From positions 22,630,001 to 22,694,000 of the forward strand of contig CM022672.1 in the NCBI GenBank assembly GCA_012295275.1: DNA of 64,000 nt, read 5' to 3'. Below the pieces are notes generated by a model. It ran no database searches. It was not told the DNA's origin and was given only the letters and a program-made list of their open reading frames with translations. The position numbers and the translations under genes are program-made. How positions within the stretch are numbered: the first letter of the stretch is position 1; each line of letters starts with the position of its first letter. Of the stretch, positions 1 through 13,121 are shown in pieces. Source of the DNA: Chrysomallon squamiferum. Taxonomy: Eukaryota > Animalia > Mollusca.

Positions 1-28
1 ATAATTTTCAAGTAATTTAATATCTTAG

Positions 29-194
29 TCGAGGCAGTTATTTTCTCTACATGGAAAACTCGATGGGGCTGGCATCCCCTGTATCTAAAACCGAGCATTT
101 CCCTTTCCAAATGCAACGTCAGCGACATAAACATGATGACGATGATGAAGAACAACATGATAAGAATGTGGTCGAGAGTGATATTGCTGAATAG
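29..194 (+). other. Possible 3'-terminal coding exon of a gene starting left of the window (RGSYFLYMENSMGLASPVSKTEHFPFQMQRQRHKHDDDDEEQHDKNVVESDIAE*)
   Basis: Candidate acceptor (tatcttag, AG at 27-28) followed by a stop-free frame to TAG at 192-194, in sequence more GC-rich than the flank. No family recognised. Confidence 0.2.
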
Positions 195-437
195 ACTGAG
201 TTTGTTTAGTAAACAATCTTAAGACAGCAGAGATCGGCAAATCTCACGGAACATATAGTTAAACCAGTGTTTCTCGACCTTTTTTTACTCTCGACATATC
301 TACGAGCGCATGAAACTGTCGCGACACAGTAATAATTTTAAATATTATATGATGAAATCGTAAAATAAATGAAAAAATACATATATGGACTTGTCTGATA
401 CAGTTTATTATGTTAGTATCCCAGAACTGCCACTAAC

Positions 438-2253
438 CTAGTGTGAAACTTGTGCCTGGTGTTGTCTTATGACTTCTTGAATATTTGGTCGTATGTGCGA
501 TAAGCAAACTCTCATTTCTTCTTCAGTGGAACGTAGTCTTTCTCTCTTCTTATTTTTTATATTATTTAAGGTTGAAAAGCCCAATTCACACAAATAAGAA
601 GTAGAGAATTGTAAAAGAACTAATAGGGCTTTTTCAGCTAATGCGGGAAATTCCTTTTGTATTGAAATCCAAAATGTGTCGATATCTACCTCAGAATGCT
701 TTATTTTAAGACTGCGGTCACTTGAAATGGTAGCCAATTCTTCTTCTTCGCATAATTTAAACCCAATATTAGAAGGAACATCTACAAAAGGATTACGAAC
801 CCAGTCGTACTTTTCAATGTTCAGCGACGGAAAGTAGTGGTCGATGTTTTCTTCGAGCGCTGTCAGATGCTCAACCACGATAGGGATCATTTCTTTAGTG
901 CAGTTAGTACGCATTGTAGGAAACATATCAAACTCACCCAACTTTGCTCTGTTTTTCCAAATAACAATTTTCTTTTTAATGGCAACCAACTTATCTGTCG
1001 AAGTTAGAATATTGTCGTTTCGACCTTGCATACTACTGTTCACAATATTAAGTTGACCAAATATTTCCGTTAAATATTCCATTTTGGCCATCCAAAATTC
1101 ACATCGAAGATATTTACAAAATCTTTCGTGCTTTTCTTTATCAAAAAATACTATTAATTCCTTCTGTAATTCATGAATGCGAGTTAACACTTTACCTTTT
1201 GACAGCCATCGAACGTCCGTATGCATAAGAAAGCGAACATGTTGAGAATCCATTGATTTGCATACTTCTTCGAATAATCTCGACTTTATTGGCCTGCTTT
1301 TAATGTAATTGACAATTTCAACTACTTGATGTAACATTTGCTTCAAATCTTCTTGTGATACTTTTGAAACTAAAACTTCTCTATGTAAAAAGCAATGAGT
1401 ACGAACAAGATTTGGATTTTCTTTCTGTGCTAGTGATGCAAAACCTTTAATGCAGCCTACCAACACAAAACTTCCACGTCAAATTCATTTTTTTAAGATA
1501 GCCGGTTATCATATCAAAAATATCTTGACCTCTAGTAGTTGTTGGCATTTCTTTACAACACAAAAACTGACTGATTATTTCATCATCATTAATGAAACGA
1601 ACAAATACAAGCAATTGAGCACTGTTACTGATATCGTTCGATTCATCAACTATTAAAGCAAATTTAGATCCTTCAAGTTTTTTCTGAACATTAGTTTCAA
1701 TGTTTTCTGATAAATCTACAATTCTCCTGTGTATTGTATCATTTGAAAGCGGAATTTTACTAATTTCTTTTTCAGCTGTTTCACCTAACATGGATTTCAC
1801 CATCTTTTTACAAGCGGGAACGATAACTGACTCAGCAAGAGTGTGGGATTTGGATTTCATTGCTATTATTTCAGCTACCTCAATTGATGCGAGTTGAGCC
1901 CGATCATTGTTTTCTGAAAAACATTGCGTTGCTTTGATTGCTGTTGTAACAGTCTTTGAAAATAATTAAGATCTTTATCTTGTAGGTAGGAATGTTTAGT
2001 CGTGAAATGTCTTAGTAATTTATTTGGTACCATGGATTCATTGGCCATTTTTTCACCACAAACTATACATAATGGACATGGTTGAGCAACATCTCCTGAC
2101 CAAGGAAATCCAAACTTCAAATAATCATCACAATACTGTCTATTATGGTGAACTTTTGCCTTTTTTGTGCTGGATTTTTGTGGGCTTCATTGTATGTTCT
2201 GTTTCAACCTCACACCCGTCACTAACATCCTTCCTTTTAACAAATTTATCCAT
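438..2253 (-). pseudogene. Buster-family hAT transposase (ZBED5/SCAND3/FAM200-like), broken by at least 3 frameshifts
   Basis: Consecutive minus-strand pieces: MDKFVKRK (ATG at 2253); RQYCDDYLKFGF..PCPLCIVCGEKMANESMVPNKLLRHFTTKH (BED zinc finger); HTLAESVIVPACK..IPLSNDTIHRRI..FALIVDESNDIS (first catalytic Asp); THCFLHRE, VRWLSKGKVL; C-terminal FSTSYLCELGFS (catalytic Glu, hATC region). Supplied ORFs 1875-2120, 1447-1860 and 438-1466 are separated by frameshifts. Confidence 0.93.
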
Positions 2254-2298
2254 TGTGAAGGGGTATTCATAAGCAATTAACACGCGCGTTCTCTAACC

Positions 2299-2494
2299 CA
2301 GGGGTTTTCAAACTTTTTGACTTGCGGACCCCTTTATATTTCAGGCTTTACCTTAGGGACCCCCTTATAAACGCTTATGAAATTTATAATAAATATTTGC
2401 TTAAAAAACATATATAAAATCAAACTGCCCATAAAAAGTATTCGCTGTCCACGGACCCCCTGTCTGGTTTGCGGACCACAGTTTGAAAACCCTG
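2299..2494. mobile_element. Non-autonomous hAT MITE (196 bp) nested in the 5' region of the Buster element
   Basis: TIRs caggggttttcaaact (from 2299) and agtttgaaaaccctg (to 2494). Perfect 8-bp TSD ctctaacc at 2291-2298 and 2495-2502 with central TA. Confidence 0.93.
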
Positions 2495-3425
2495 CTCTAA
2501 CCAACAACAGTAAATAACAGGCAGCATTAAACTAGTTATGATTAGTCACATGCTAATTTACTTTAAATTCCACTGTAATTTAGAGGTCAAAATTGAGTGT
2601 GCAGTACGACTGAGTTCGATGTAAGCAAATAGTAAACACTGTAAACTGAACAGATTTGCCGTGACGACAGATTTGCATTTGCAAAGTCTGTTCTAACTAA
2701 CATAATTTCTTAACTAAATACACCTAGTTAGCTAAATCTCTTTACTAATAAGTGTTTAAGAATGACAATAATTTAAAACACAGCGAAGTTAATTCGGCAA
2801 TCGGCATTACGCACGCGCACACACGACCAGTGCGGAACAACACCACACACACAACCTATCACACTGACGTCTCATGGGCAACTGGTCGACCTTGAGCGAA
2901 AGGTGCAAAGGTTGGTGGCCGCCATTGATCGGTGGACTTTGAATGAGTGCATATTCATTGGAGAAAGGAAGTTCCTTCCTCCAAGGCATATTAGTAGAAC
3001 ATGAAACCGAGATTTATGCACAGGTGTTTTCAGGTGTTCGTCACAAAGTTTCGCGACACACCTGAGGCGGTTGAGAATCACTGAGTTAAACAAATATCTT
3101 TAGTAGACCAGGCACTAATACGCAACCCAAACGTAAGGTGTTACACTTTAATGCACTCGAAAAGTACAATGCACATAGATTAATTTGAAAAACAACAAAA
3201 ACAAATTTGACTATTATTACAGTAATTGGAAACGTTCTTTTTCTTCAGTTGAGCTGATCATAATTTCAGTGAATATGTATTGGTTCAGGAAAAAAAAAAA
3301 AAAAAAAAAGTAAGATAGAAATAACGATATTATTTATTGTTTCGCTTTAGGAAACAACAGTAATAATTATGTAATCCACTTCTAGACCAGGGCATCGTAA
3401 ATTATTCCGTCAGTACTGGTTGTTG

Positions 3426-3475
3426 ACCATGATTTTATACTGGTTAGTACTTAGGTTCGAATCCTTCACACGGCA
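3426..3475 (+). pseudogene. tRNA-His pseudogene lacking the anticodon arm
   Basis: accatgattttatactggttagtactt / aggttcgaatccttcacacggca matches the 5' and 3' parts of the array tRNA with the middle deleted. The same tctagaccagg motif lies at -45 (3381). Confidence 0.85.
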
Positions 3476-3645
3476 ATACCATATTACAGTTTCTTTTTCT
3501 TCTTGGATTTAAAAATTTCGATAAATAAATTAAAGATTTGTTTTTTGTCAGCTTACTTTTTAACGTGATTCATGGTCATCATCATTAGAGCTTATCACAA
3601 GCATAACTTTCAGTGAGGCCGATGGTTAAGTAATAATAATAGTAA

Positions 3646-3690
<45 letters not shown>

Positions 3691-3806
3691 CAGTAGCAGC
3701 AGCAGTAGTAGTAGTTGAAGAAGAAGAACTTTTTGGATAATCTGTAATGGCAACAATTAAATTTGTCTATAGCCGTTACAAATGAGTTCATTTGTGTGGG
3801 AAATTG

Positions 3807-3878
3807 GCTGTGATCGTATAGTGGTTAGTACTTCGCGTTGTGGCCGCGACAACCCAGGTTCGAATCCTGGTCACGGCA
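3807..3878 (+). tRNA. tRNA-His(GUG), copy 1 (C3>T, gives a G:U pair in the acceptor stem)
   Basis: 72-nt eukaryotic tRNA-His, anticodon GTG, A box and B box (ggttcgaatcc) intact, oligo-T downstream. Confidence 0.93.
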
Positions 3879-4236
3879 GTCTCATAGCATTTTTTTAATT
3901 TTTTTTTATTTATTTTGTTTTTTAGTTTTAATTTGCCGTTGCATATTTATTTCAATTATAAATTTTCGAATATACTGAACAAAACATTCATCTTTAGTTA
4001 AAAACCATAAAATAAGTGTAGCCTAGTTTTAAAAATCCCTCAAAACCCCAAACCCAGTAACACCAGGTTCTGGCTCAAATTCCTTCAGTAAACTGATCAT
4101 AATTACATTGAATAATTTACTGAAAATACTTACTTTTAACTGTTTGGTTTTACGGAATAAACTGTAATGGCAGTAATGTGTTTATTCCATCTCAAGACCA
4201 GGACTTCGTGAACTGTTCGTTTAGAGTGGGAAATTA

Positions 4237-4308
4237 GCCGTGATCGTATAGTGGTTAGTACTTCGCGTTGTGGCCGCGACAACCCAGGTTCGAATCCTGG
4301 TCACGGCA
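4237..4308 (+). tRNA. tRNA-His(GUG), copy 2
   Basis: Exact array consensus gccgtgatcgtatagtggttagtacttcgcgttgtggccgcgacaacccaggttcgaatcctggtcacggca; oligo-T terminator follows. Confidence 0.97.
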
Positions 4309-5263
4309 CTCCATATTTTTTTTTTTTATTATTATTATTTTTTTTTTTTTCCTTTTTATTTGATTTAAAAATAAATAAGCAACTAAATACATTCAGTAGT
4401 TTCCGACAATTCATGACTTAACAAATACTTTTGGATGAAAGAAACGTTAACTTTATTTAATTCTATCGTTTTACGCTGATTTCATGGACAGAAGCAATTC
4501 TGATAAAACTTTAATCATCATAAATAATTTGATTAAAACGACGATATTTGTTAATTTTAGGATGTTTTCTAACGTGTAACAGTTCGTCAGGTTAAAACAA
4601 ATAAAATTAAATATATAATATACTATAGTTAGGGTTATTCAAAAGATCAAATTTTAGAATTAAAAGTTCTTTTAGCATAATAATACAATCCCAAATCAAT
4701 TATATTTTTTTTTTTTTATGGAGATAAAGACCATAATTATCTCGTTAACCGACGATATTGTTATTAAATGTTTTCTTTCGGTCAGTTATGTCAGGTTGAT
4801 AAAATTAAGGGAATGTAAGTTCCGGGTTCTTCAGATCATTATTTATTTTTTGGATCAAAATTAAAAATATTAATAGTTTTGGAATAATAATCCCAAATAA
4901 TAATAGTTAATAATAATAATAATATTTTATGTATACCTTTCGGTTTGTTAAAAATAATTTAAACGGTTCAAAATAATAATTATTATTGTTATTATCATCT
5001 TGATTTTTGTATGATTATTAAAAAAAATTTCTGGTTCTAATCGTTCTTCAGCGGATTGATAAAAATCTTGATTTTTGAATGATTATTATCAAAATTTCTG
5101 GAACATCGTTTTCAGCGGATTGATAAAAACTACAGTTGGTTAATGCAAACCCTGACAATAACTGTTTGGCTTTATGGAGTAGTTTGTAATGATATAGCAA
5201 TAATTTATCTAGTTCATCTCTAGACCAGGCCATCGTAAATGATTTGTTAGTGTAGGATGTTTG

Positions 5264-5335
5264 GCCGTGATCGTATAGTGGTTAGTACTTCGCGTTGTGG
5301 CCGCGACAACCCAGGTTCGAATCCTGGTCACGGCA
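5264..5335 (+). tRNA. tRNA-His(GUG), copy 3
   Basis: Exact consensus; T5 run about 10 nt downstream. Confidence 0.97.
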
Positions 5336-5822
5336 GTCCTAATGTTTTTATTTTACGGGATAAAATTGTGATCGACGATTATATTACATTATATTTATGA
5401 TGAATTTATCAATCTTGGAGGGGTGCAGCATTCACCTAACACTGGTATGCCTAATAATTTCCCACCCCCGATTTAATTAAAAAAAATAAAAATTAAAAAA
5501 ACTTTGTTTTTTTTCATAACTTGGTTTCCAAAATAAAGAACAAATGATTTATCTTTAGTTGAAAATATTAACAATTTACAACTTTTCACTTCACAAGCTT
5601 TCAGTATGGCTTAGTTAAAAGTTATGCAGAGGATTCAATTATTATTATCATCATCATCATAATTATTTGAATGTTCTGGAACATCTTTTTCAGTAGGTTG
5701 ACTGCATTCTTTTAGAAACACCCAAATTCAAACAATAATTATTTGGCTTTAAACAGTCTCAGTAATTTATCTTCAGTTCTAGACTAGGACATGTTAAATG
5801 GTTTCTTTAGTGTGGGTAATTG

Positions 5823-5894
5823 GCCGTGATCGTATAGTGGTTAGTACTTCGCGTTGTGGCCGCGACAACCCAGGTTCGAATCCTGGTCACGGCA
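5823..5894 (+). tRNA. tRNA-His(GUG), copy 4
   Basis: Exact consensus; long T run downstream. Confidence 0.97.
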
Positions 5895-6833
5895 AACACA
5901 TACATTTTTTTTTCTTTTTGATTAAAAAAATAAAAAATAAATAAAATACACTTAGCCAGCAATTTACGCGGGTTCATTTACAATGATTCAGATTTCCACC
6001 GCCTTTGCAATTATGCAAAAGAGATAACAAATATATTAATAAATAAATAGATAAATAAATAAATAAACAACTAAGAATAGTAAAAAAAACATGTTCTAAT
6101 GTGCGCGGCCAGATTCTGAAGTGTGTTGAACCAATATACTGATTGTTATAGCATGGTTTTCATCATTAGAACTAAAATAAATAAATAAATAAATAACTTA
6201 AAATATACTAATATATATAAATAAAATAAATAAATAAATAAATAAAAACACCTAAAAACCTGAATTAAATATTTCCTCTTCTTTCAGTTTTAAATTGTTT
6301 CTAGTCACCGTCAACGTTCCGTCTAATGTTTCCAAACCACTGAGATGATCTTTTGATGTTTTGAGAAAAAACGGACATGTTCAGTGGCCCAAACAATCGT
6401 ATTTTGTAAATTAAGTCGCAACATTCTAACGTGCGCGACTATATTCTGAAGTGCCTATAACCAATATACTGATTGTGATAACATGGGTTATCATCATTAG
6501 AACTTAAAAGGCTGCACGACGTTTTGTGTAGGCTTAGTTATAAATAATGCACACGATTCAGTAATAATAATAATTATTATTATTATCGTCATCATCATCA
6601 TACTTGTTATTAGAATGGTCTTCTAGGTGCTGATCATAATTACAACGAATGTTTACTAATAGATATTTGAAAATATTTTATTCTAGAAACAGTTGGCGGC
6701 TCGTAAATTAAAACCATAATTATTTGGCTTTATGCAATAGTCTGTAATAATAATAATTCATCTAGTTCATCTAGTTCAACTCTAGATCTCTAGACCAGGA
6801 CATCGTTAATCATTTTATTAGTGTAGGATGTTA

Positions 6834-6905
6834 GCCGTGATCGTATAGTGGTTAGTACTTCGCGTTGTGGCCGCGACAACCCAGGTTCCACTCCTGGTCA
6901 CGACA
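6834..6905 (+). pseudogene. tRNA-His(GUG), copy 5, probably non-functional
   Basis: B box/T loop mutated (ggttccactcc instead of ggttcgaatcc) and an acceptor-stem mismatch (cacgaca). Confidence 0.8.
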
Positions 6906-7523
6906 GTTCTATTATTTATTTTTTTATTTTTTCAGTGGCTTGTTTGTTGGTTATTGTCGCAGGGTCCGCTGGTTGAATGTCTTTTTTATCGTTCTCCCGC
7001 CCGCTGCACCGTACCTTATGTTACAAATAATAGCTGTGTGGTGAGTGTTACCTCGGAATAACCGTCACAGTATTTCATAACAAGGGAGAGAAATTATGAT
7101 TCATGACTACATTACAGAGTGGCTAAATATTTATGATGAAGTTGGAGAGGTGCGGCACTCACCTAGCACAGGTAGAATATGTACCTCTAATTGCCCAGCC
7201 CCGATTCAAAGTGACTGAAACAACAACAAATAATAATAACAAAAACAGTAACATTTTGTTGCAAATTAACCTTTTTATTATTTTATTTTTTTCAGTTACA
7301 TGGTTTCCAAAATAATGAACAAATCATTCTTTAGTTGAAAATTTCAAGAATTAAAAAAAATTTAAAAAAAAAAAAAAAGAAAGACACGAACAAATTAGGA
7401 AAACTGATTTAAAGATTTCGTTTCCTAAGCTTTCATTTTCAGTTTTAACATAATTTATGTCACCATCATTAGAGCTTATGATGTAGCCTAGTTTAAAAAA
7501 TCGGCAGAGATGTCGATTATTAC

Positions 7524-7565
<42 letters not shown>

Positions 7566-7752
7566 CTTCTTCATCACCATCTTCATCAATATTATCAGGA
7601 TGCTCTGGAACATCATTTTTCAGTAGGTTGACTGCATTCTTTTAGAAACACCCAATTTCAACCAATAATTATTTGGCTTTAAACAGTCTCAGTAGTTTAT
7701 CTTCAGTTCTAGATAAGGTCATGTTAAATGGTTTCGTTAGTGTGGGTAATTG

Positions 7753-7824
7753 GCCGTGATCGTATAGTGGTTAGTACTTCGCGTTGTGGCCGCGACAACC
7801 CAGGTTCGAATCCTGGTCACGGCA
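7753..7824 (+). tRNA. tRNA-His(GUG), copy 6
   Basis: Exact consensus; T run downstream. Confidence 0.97.
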
Positions 7825-8703
7825 AACACATACATTTTTTTTTCTATCATGTATGATTTTTAAAAAATAATAATAATTAAAATATATTCAGCCACGAGGG
7901 TTCATTTACAACAATTTAAATTTTCAACGCCGTTGCAATTATGCATAAACGAGGGAGAATATATTTTAAAATAATAAATAAATCAATAAATAAATAAATA
8001 AATATATAAATAAATAAATATATAAATAAATAAAAACAAACAAACAACTTTAACATCCCGAAAACTGAATTAAAGATTTCCTCTTCTTTCGATTACATTG
8101 TCAGTTTTCATTTACAGCAATTTAAATTTTCATCGACTTTGCAATTATGCAAAAACGAGGGAGAATATATTTAAAAATAATAAATAAATAAATAAATAAA
8201 AACAAACAAACAAACAACTTTAACACCTCGAAAACTGAATTAAAGATTTCCTCTTCTTTCGCTCACATTGTCAGTTTTTAAACTTTTACAGTCACCTTCA
8301 ACGTGTCGTCTAATGTTTCCAAACCACTGAGACGAACTTTTGGTATTTTCAGAAAAAACGGACATGTTCAGTGGCCTACTAAACAATCGTATTTTGTAAC
8401 ATTCTGATGTGCGCGGCTACATTCTGAAGTACGCAGCTTCGAGTAAACGTCGCTTATCATCATTAGAGCTTATCAGACTGTATGACGTTTAGCGTAACTA
8501 AGATGGTTAAATAATAATAACAGAGGCTGATCATGAGTGTATATTAATAGATTTCTGAAATATTTATACTTTTTGAAACAGTTGGCAAACGAAAATCCAG
8601 ACAAATAGTTTTGCTTAATGCAGTAGTCTCTGGTCGTAATGATTTGTCTTGTTCATCTCTAGACCAGGACATCGTTAATCATGTTTTTAGTGTAGGATCT
8701 GTA

Positions 8704-8775
8704 GCCGTGATCGTATAGTGGTTAGTACTTCGCGTTGTGGCCGCGACAACCCAGGTTCGAATCCTGGTCACGGCA
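8704..8775 (+). tRNA. tRNA-His(GUG), copy 7
   Basis: Exact consensus; T run downstream. Confidence 0.97.
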
Positions 8776-9157
8776 GTCCTAGTTATTATTTTTATTTATT
8801 TTTATTTATTTATATATATATATATTTTTTTTTTTCCCCTTTGGTTTGTTGTGCGTTATTGTTGCAGGATTTGCTGGTTGAATGTCGCTTTTATTTTTAT
8901 CGCTCTCCCACTGCATCGTGCTTTATCATGTTACAAAGTAGCTTTGGGGTGAGTGTTACCTCAGAATAACCGTCACAATATTTCATAACAGGGCAGAGAA
9001 ATTATGATCCAAAACTACATTACAGAGTGGGCTTAATATTTATGATGAATTTATCATCCTTTGAGTGATGCAGCACTGACCTAGCACAGGTATGCCTCTA
9101 ATTGCCCATCCCCCATTTAAAGTGATAGAAACAACACAAATAATAGTAATAAACAAC

Positions 9158-9197
<40 letters not shown>

Positions 9198-9647
9198 GTA
9201 GTCACATTTTATTTAAAGTTAACACTTTACTTTTTTCAATTACGTCGTTTCCAAAATACTGAACAAAGTTCAGAATGTTAAGAAAGTCACGAACAAATTA
9301 CGAAAACAAAATTAAAGATTTCGTTTCCTGCGCTTACATTGTCAGTTTAAACATTATTTATGGGCACCATTATTAGAGCTCATCATTACCTAAGCTTTCG
9401 GTGTAGGCTGGTTTTAAAAATATCCAGAGAGTTTGATTATTATTATTATTATTACACTGTCTTCATCTTCATCAGAACGTTCTGGCACATCGTTCTATCG
9501 ATAGGTTGACACTATTCTTTTAAAAACATTTAGCCCACACATTCAAACAATGATTATTTGACTTTGTGGAGTAGTCTGGAATATCAGTATTTTATCGTTA
9601 GTTCTAGACCAAGACATCGTAAATGATTTTGTTAGTGTGGGAAATTG

Positions 9648-9719
9648 GCCGTGATCGTATAGTGGTTAGTACTTCGCGTTGTGGCCGCGACAACCCAGGT
9701 TCGAATCCTGGTCACGGCA
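9648..9719 (+). tRNA. tRNA-His(GUG), copy 8
   Basis: Exact consensus; T run downstream. Confidence 0.97.
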
Positions 9720-10457
9720 GACACATACATTTTTTTTTTGTTTTGTTTACAACGCCTTTGTAAATATGCAAAAAAAAAAAAAAAAAAAAAAAAGGGGCGG
9801 GGATATATTTTAAAATAATAAATAAGTAAATAAATAAATAAATAACTTAAAAATACTTTAAACAAAAAATAAAAAATAAACAAAACAAAACTAATAATAA
9901 TAACAACAACACCTAAACAACTCGAAAACTGAATTAAAGATTTCTTCTTCATTCGCTTACATTGTCAGTGTTAAATGTCTTCTAGTCACCGTCAACGTTC
10001 TGTGTAATGTTTCTAAATCATTGAGATGAACTTTTGATGTTTTGAGGAAAAACGGACATGTACAGTTGCCTAAACAACAGTATTTTGTAAATTAAGTGGC
10101 AACATTCTTAAGTGCACGGCTGTTTCGATATGCGTAGAACCAGTATAGCGACTGCGCAGCTTGGAGGGAATGTTGCTTATCATCATTACACTTACAGCTT
10201 ATCAGACTGCATGACATTTTTTTTTTTTTTTTTTACTTTGGCTTAGTTAAACATAACTAAGACGGTTAAATAATAATAACAGAGGTTGATCATAATTATA
10301 ATGATTATTAATAGAGTTCTGAAACATTTATAGTTTTTGAAACAGTTGGCTAACGAAAATCCAAACAAATAGTTCGGCTTTATGCAGTAGTCTGTAGTAG
10401 TAATAATTTATCTAGTTCATCTCTAAACCAGGACATGCTGTTAGTGTAGGATGTGTA

Positions 10458-10529
10458 GCCGTGATCGTATAGTGGTTAGTACTTCGCGTTGTGGCCGCGA
10501 CAACCCAGGTTCGAATCCTGGTCTCGGCA
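10458..10529 (+). tRNA. tRNA-His(GUG), copy 9 (one acceptor-stem mismatch, gtctcggca)
   Basis: Consensus except an A>T in the 3' acceptor strand; A and B boxes intact. Confidence 0.8.
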
Positions 10530-11328
10530 GTCCTGTTTATTATTTTTATTTATTTTTATTTATTTTCATATATTTTATACATTGGTGAATTTATTGGTGA
10601 ATTTCTCAGGGTCTGCTGGTTGAATGTCGCTTTTATTTTTATCACTCTCCTGCATCGTGCTTTATCATGTTACAAAGTAGCTTTGGGGTGAGTGTTACCT
10701 CAGAATAACCGTCACAATATTTCATAACAGGGCAGAGAAATTATGATCCAAGACTACATTACAGAGTGGGCTTAATATTTATGATGAATTTATCATCCTT
10801 TGAGTGATGCAGCACTCACCTAGCACAGGTATGCCTCTAATTGCCCATCCCCCGTTTAAGGTGATAGAAACAACAACAAATAATAATAATAATAAAAGTA
10901 ATAGTCATATTTAAAGTTAATACTTTATTTTTTTCAATTACGTCGTTTCCAAACTACTGAACAAATAGGTCAAAATATTAAGAATAAATAAACAGTCATG
11001 AACAAATTAGGAAAACAAAATTAAAGATTTCGTTTCCTACGCTTACATTGTCAGTTTTAACATGATTTACGGTCACCATCATTAGAGCTTATCATTACCT
11101 AAGCTTTCAATGTAGTTTAGTTTAAAAAATAGGCAGAGTTCGATTATTATTATGATTATTATTATTATTATTATTATTACACTGTCTTCATCTTCATCAT
11201 TACTATCAGAATGTTCTGGCACATCCTTCTTCGGTAGGTTGACACCATTATTTTAAAACCGTTAGCCCACATATTCAAACAATGATTTATGGAGACATCG
11301 TAAATGATTTTGTTAGTGTGGAAAATTG

Positions 11329-11400
11329 GCCGTGATCGTATAGTGGTTAGTACTTCGCGTTGTGGCCGCGACAACCCAGGTTCGAATCCTGGTCACGGCA
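11329..11400 (+). tRNA. tRNA-His(GUG), copy 10
   Basis: Exact consensus; T run downstream. Confidence 0.97.
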
Positions 11401-12102
11401 GACACATATATTTTTTTTCTTACCTTCTTTGATTTTAAAAATAAATAAATAATTAAAATATACTCAGCCACCGATTGACGATGATTCAGATTAACATCGC
11501 GTTTTGCAAACATTAAAAATAATAAATAAATAAAATACCCAATAAAAAACCCAAACAAACAACCCGAAAACTGAATTAAAGATTTCCTTTTCTTTTGCTT
11601 ACGTATACAGTGGCCTAAACAATCGCGTTTTGTAAATTAAGTCGCAGCATTCTATTGTACTCGTATTTTAATTCTGAAGTGCGTAGTGTAATGTTTCCAA
11701 ATCACTGAGATGAACTTTTGATGTTTTGAGGAAAAGCGGACATGTAAGTGGCCCAAACAACAGTATTTTGTAATTAAGTGGCAACATTCTGATGTGCTCG
11801 GCTGTTTTCCGAAGTGCGTAGAACCAGTATAGCGACTGCGCAGCTTGGAGGGAACGTTGCTTATCATCATTGGAGCTTATGAGACTGCATGGCGTTTAGT
11901 TAAACTTAAGTAAGTTTAACTAAATAAACATAACAGAGGTTGATCAGAATTACAACAAATGTTTATACTTTTTGAAACAGTTGGATAACGAAAATCCAGA
12001 CAAATTGTTTGGCTTAATGCAGTGGTTTGTAGTAGTAATAATTTATCTTGTTCATCTCTAGACCAGGACATCGTTAATCATTTTGTTAGTGTAGGATATG
12101 TA

Positions 12103-12174
12103 GCCGTGATCGTATAGTGGTTAGTACTTCGCGTTGTGGCCGCGACAACCCAGGTTCGAATCCTGGTCTAGGCA
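12103..12174 (+). tRNA. tRNA-His(GUG), copy 11 (two acceptor-stem mismatches, gtctaggca; possibly a pseudogene)
   Basis: Consensus except tcac>tcta in the 3' acceptor strand. Confidence 0.7.
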
Positions 12175-13032
12175 GTCCTAGTTATTATTTTTATTTATTT
12201 TTATATATATATATATATATTTTTTTTTCCGTTGGTATGTTGTGCGGTATTGTTGCAGGATCTGCTCGTTGAAAGTCGCTTTTATTGTTATCGCTCTCCT
12301 GCATCGTGCTTTATCATGTTACAAAGTAGCTTTGGGGTGAGTGTTACCTCAGAATAACCGTCAGAATATTTCATAACAGGGCAGAGAAATTATGACCCAT
12401 GACTACATTACAGAGTGGGCTTAATATTTATGATGAATTTACCATCCTTTGAGTGATGCAGCACTCACCTAGCACAGGTATGCCTCTTATTGCCCATCCC
12501 CCATTTAAAGTGATAGAAACAACAACAAATAATAAGAACAATAATAATAATAATAATATTAATAGTACTAGTCACATTTTATTTAAAGTTAACACTTTAC
12601 TTTTTTCAATTACGTCGTTTCCAAAATATTGAACAAAGTTCAGAAGGTTAAGAATAAAAAAAAATCACGAACAAATTACGAAAACAAAATTAAAGATTTC
12701 GTTTCCTGCGCTTACATTGTCAGTTTTAACATGATTTATGGGCACCATTATTAGAGCTCATCATTACCTAAGCTTTCAGTGTAGGCTGGTTTTAAAAATA
12801 TCCAGAGAGTTTGATTATTATTATTATTACACTGTCTTCATCTTCATCAGAACGTTCTGGCACATCGTTCCTCGATAGGTTGACACTATTCTTTTAAAAA
12901 CATTTAGCCCACACATTCAAACAATGATTATTTGACTTTGTGGATTAGCCTGGAATATCAGTATTTTATCGTTAGTTCTAGACCAAGACATCGTAAAATA
13001 AATTTTTTAGTCAGCCACCGATTGGAAAATTG

Positions 13033-13121
13033 GCATTAAAAATAATAAATAAATGATCGTATAGTGGTTAGTACTTCGCGTTGTGGCCTAAACAACCCAG
13101 GTTCGAATCCTGGTCACGGCA
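13033..13121 (+). pseudogene. tRNA-His copy 12, scrambled (insertion in the 5' acceptor strand, anticodon stem disrupted); may be a consensus artefact
   Basis: gc[attaaaaataataaataaa]tgatcgtatagtgg... and gtggcctaaacaacc instead of gtggccgcgacaacc. Both foreign pieces occur in the B spacer (11511-11530, ~11610-11622). Confidence 0.75.

Larger units (their letters stand above)
265..3083 (-). mobile_element. hAT DNA transposon, Buster/Charlie-like, full length, inactivated
   Basis: Left TIR cagtgtttctcgacc (265-279). Right TIR ggttgagaatcactg (3069-3083; reverse complement cagtgattctcaacc, 13/15 match). Perfect 8-bp TSD agttaaac at 257-264 and 3084-3091 with the Buster-type central TA. Internal transposase remnants. 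Confidence 0.95.

Noticed and set aside
9040-9130. C/D-box snoRNA in the A spacer (ATGATGA recurs in several A units), i.e. a tRNA-snoRNA cassette
   Set aside because: No CTGA D box is conserved across copies, there is no terminal stem, and the motif lies well past the Pol III terminator.
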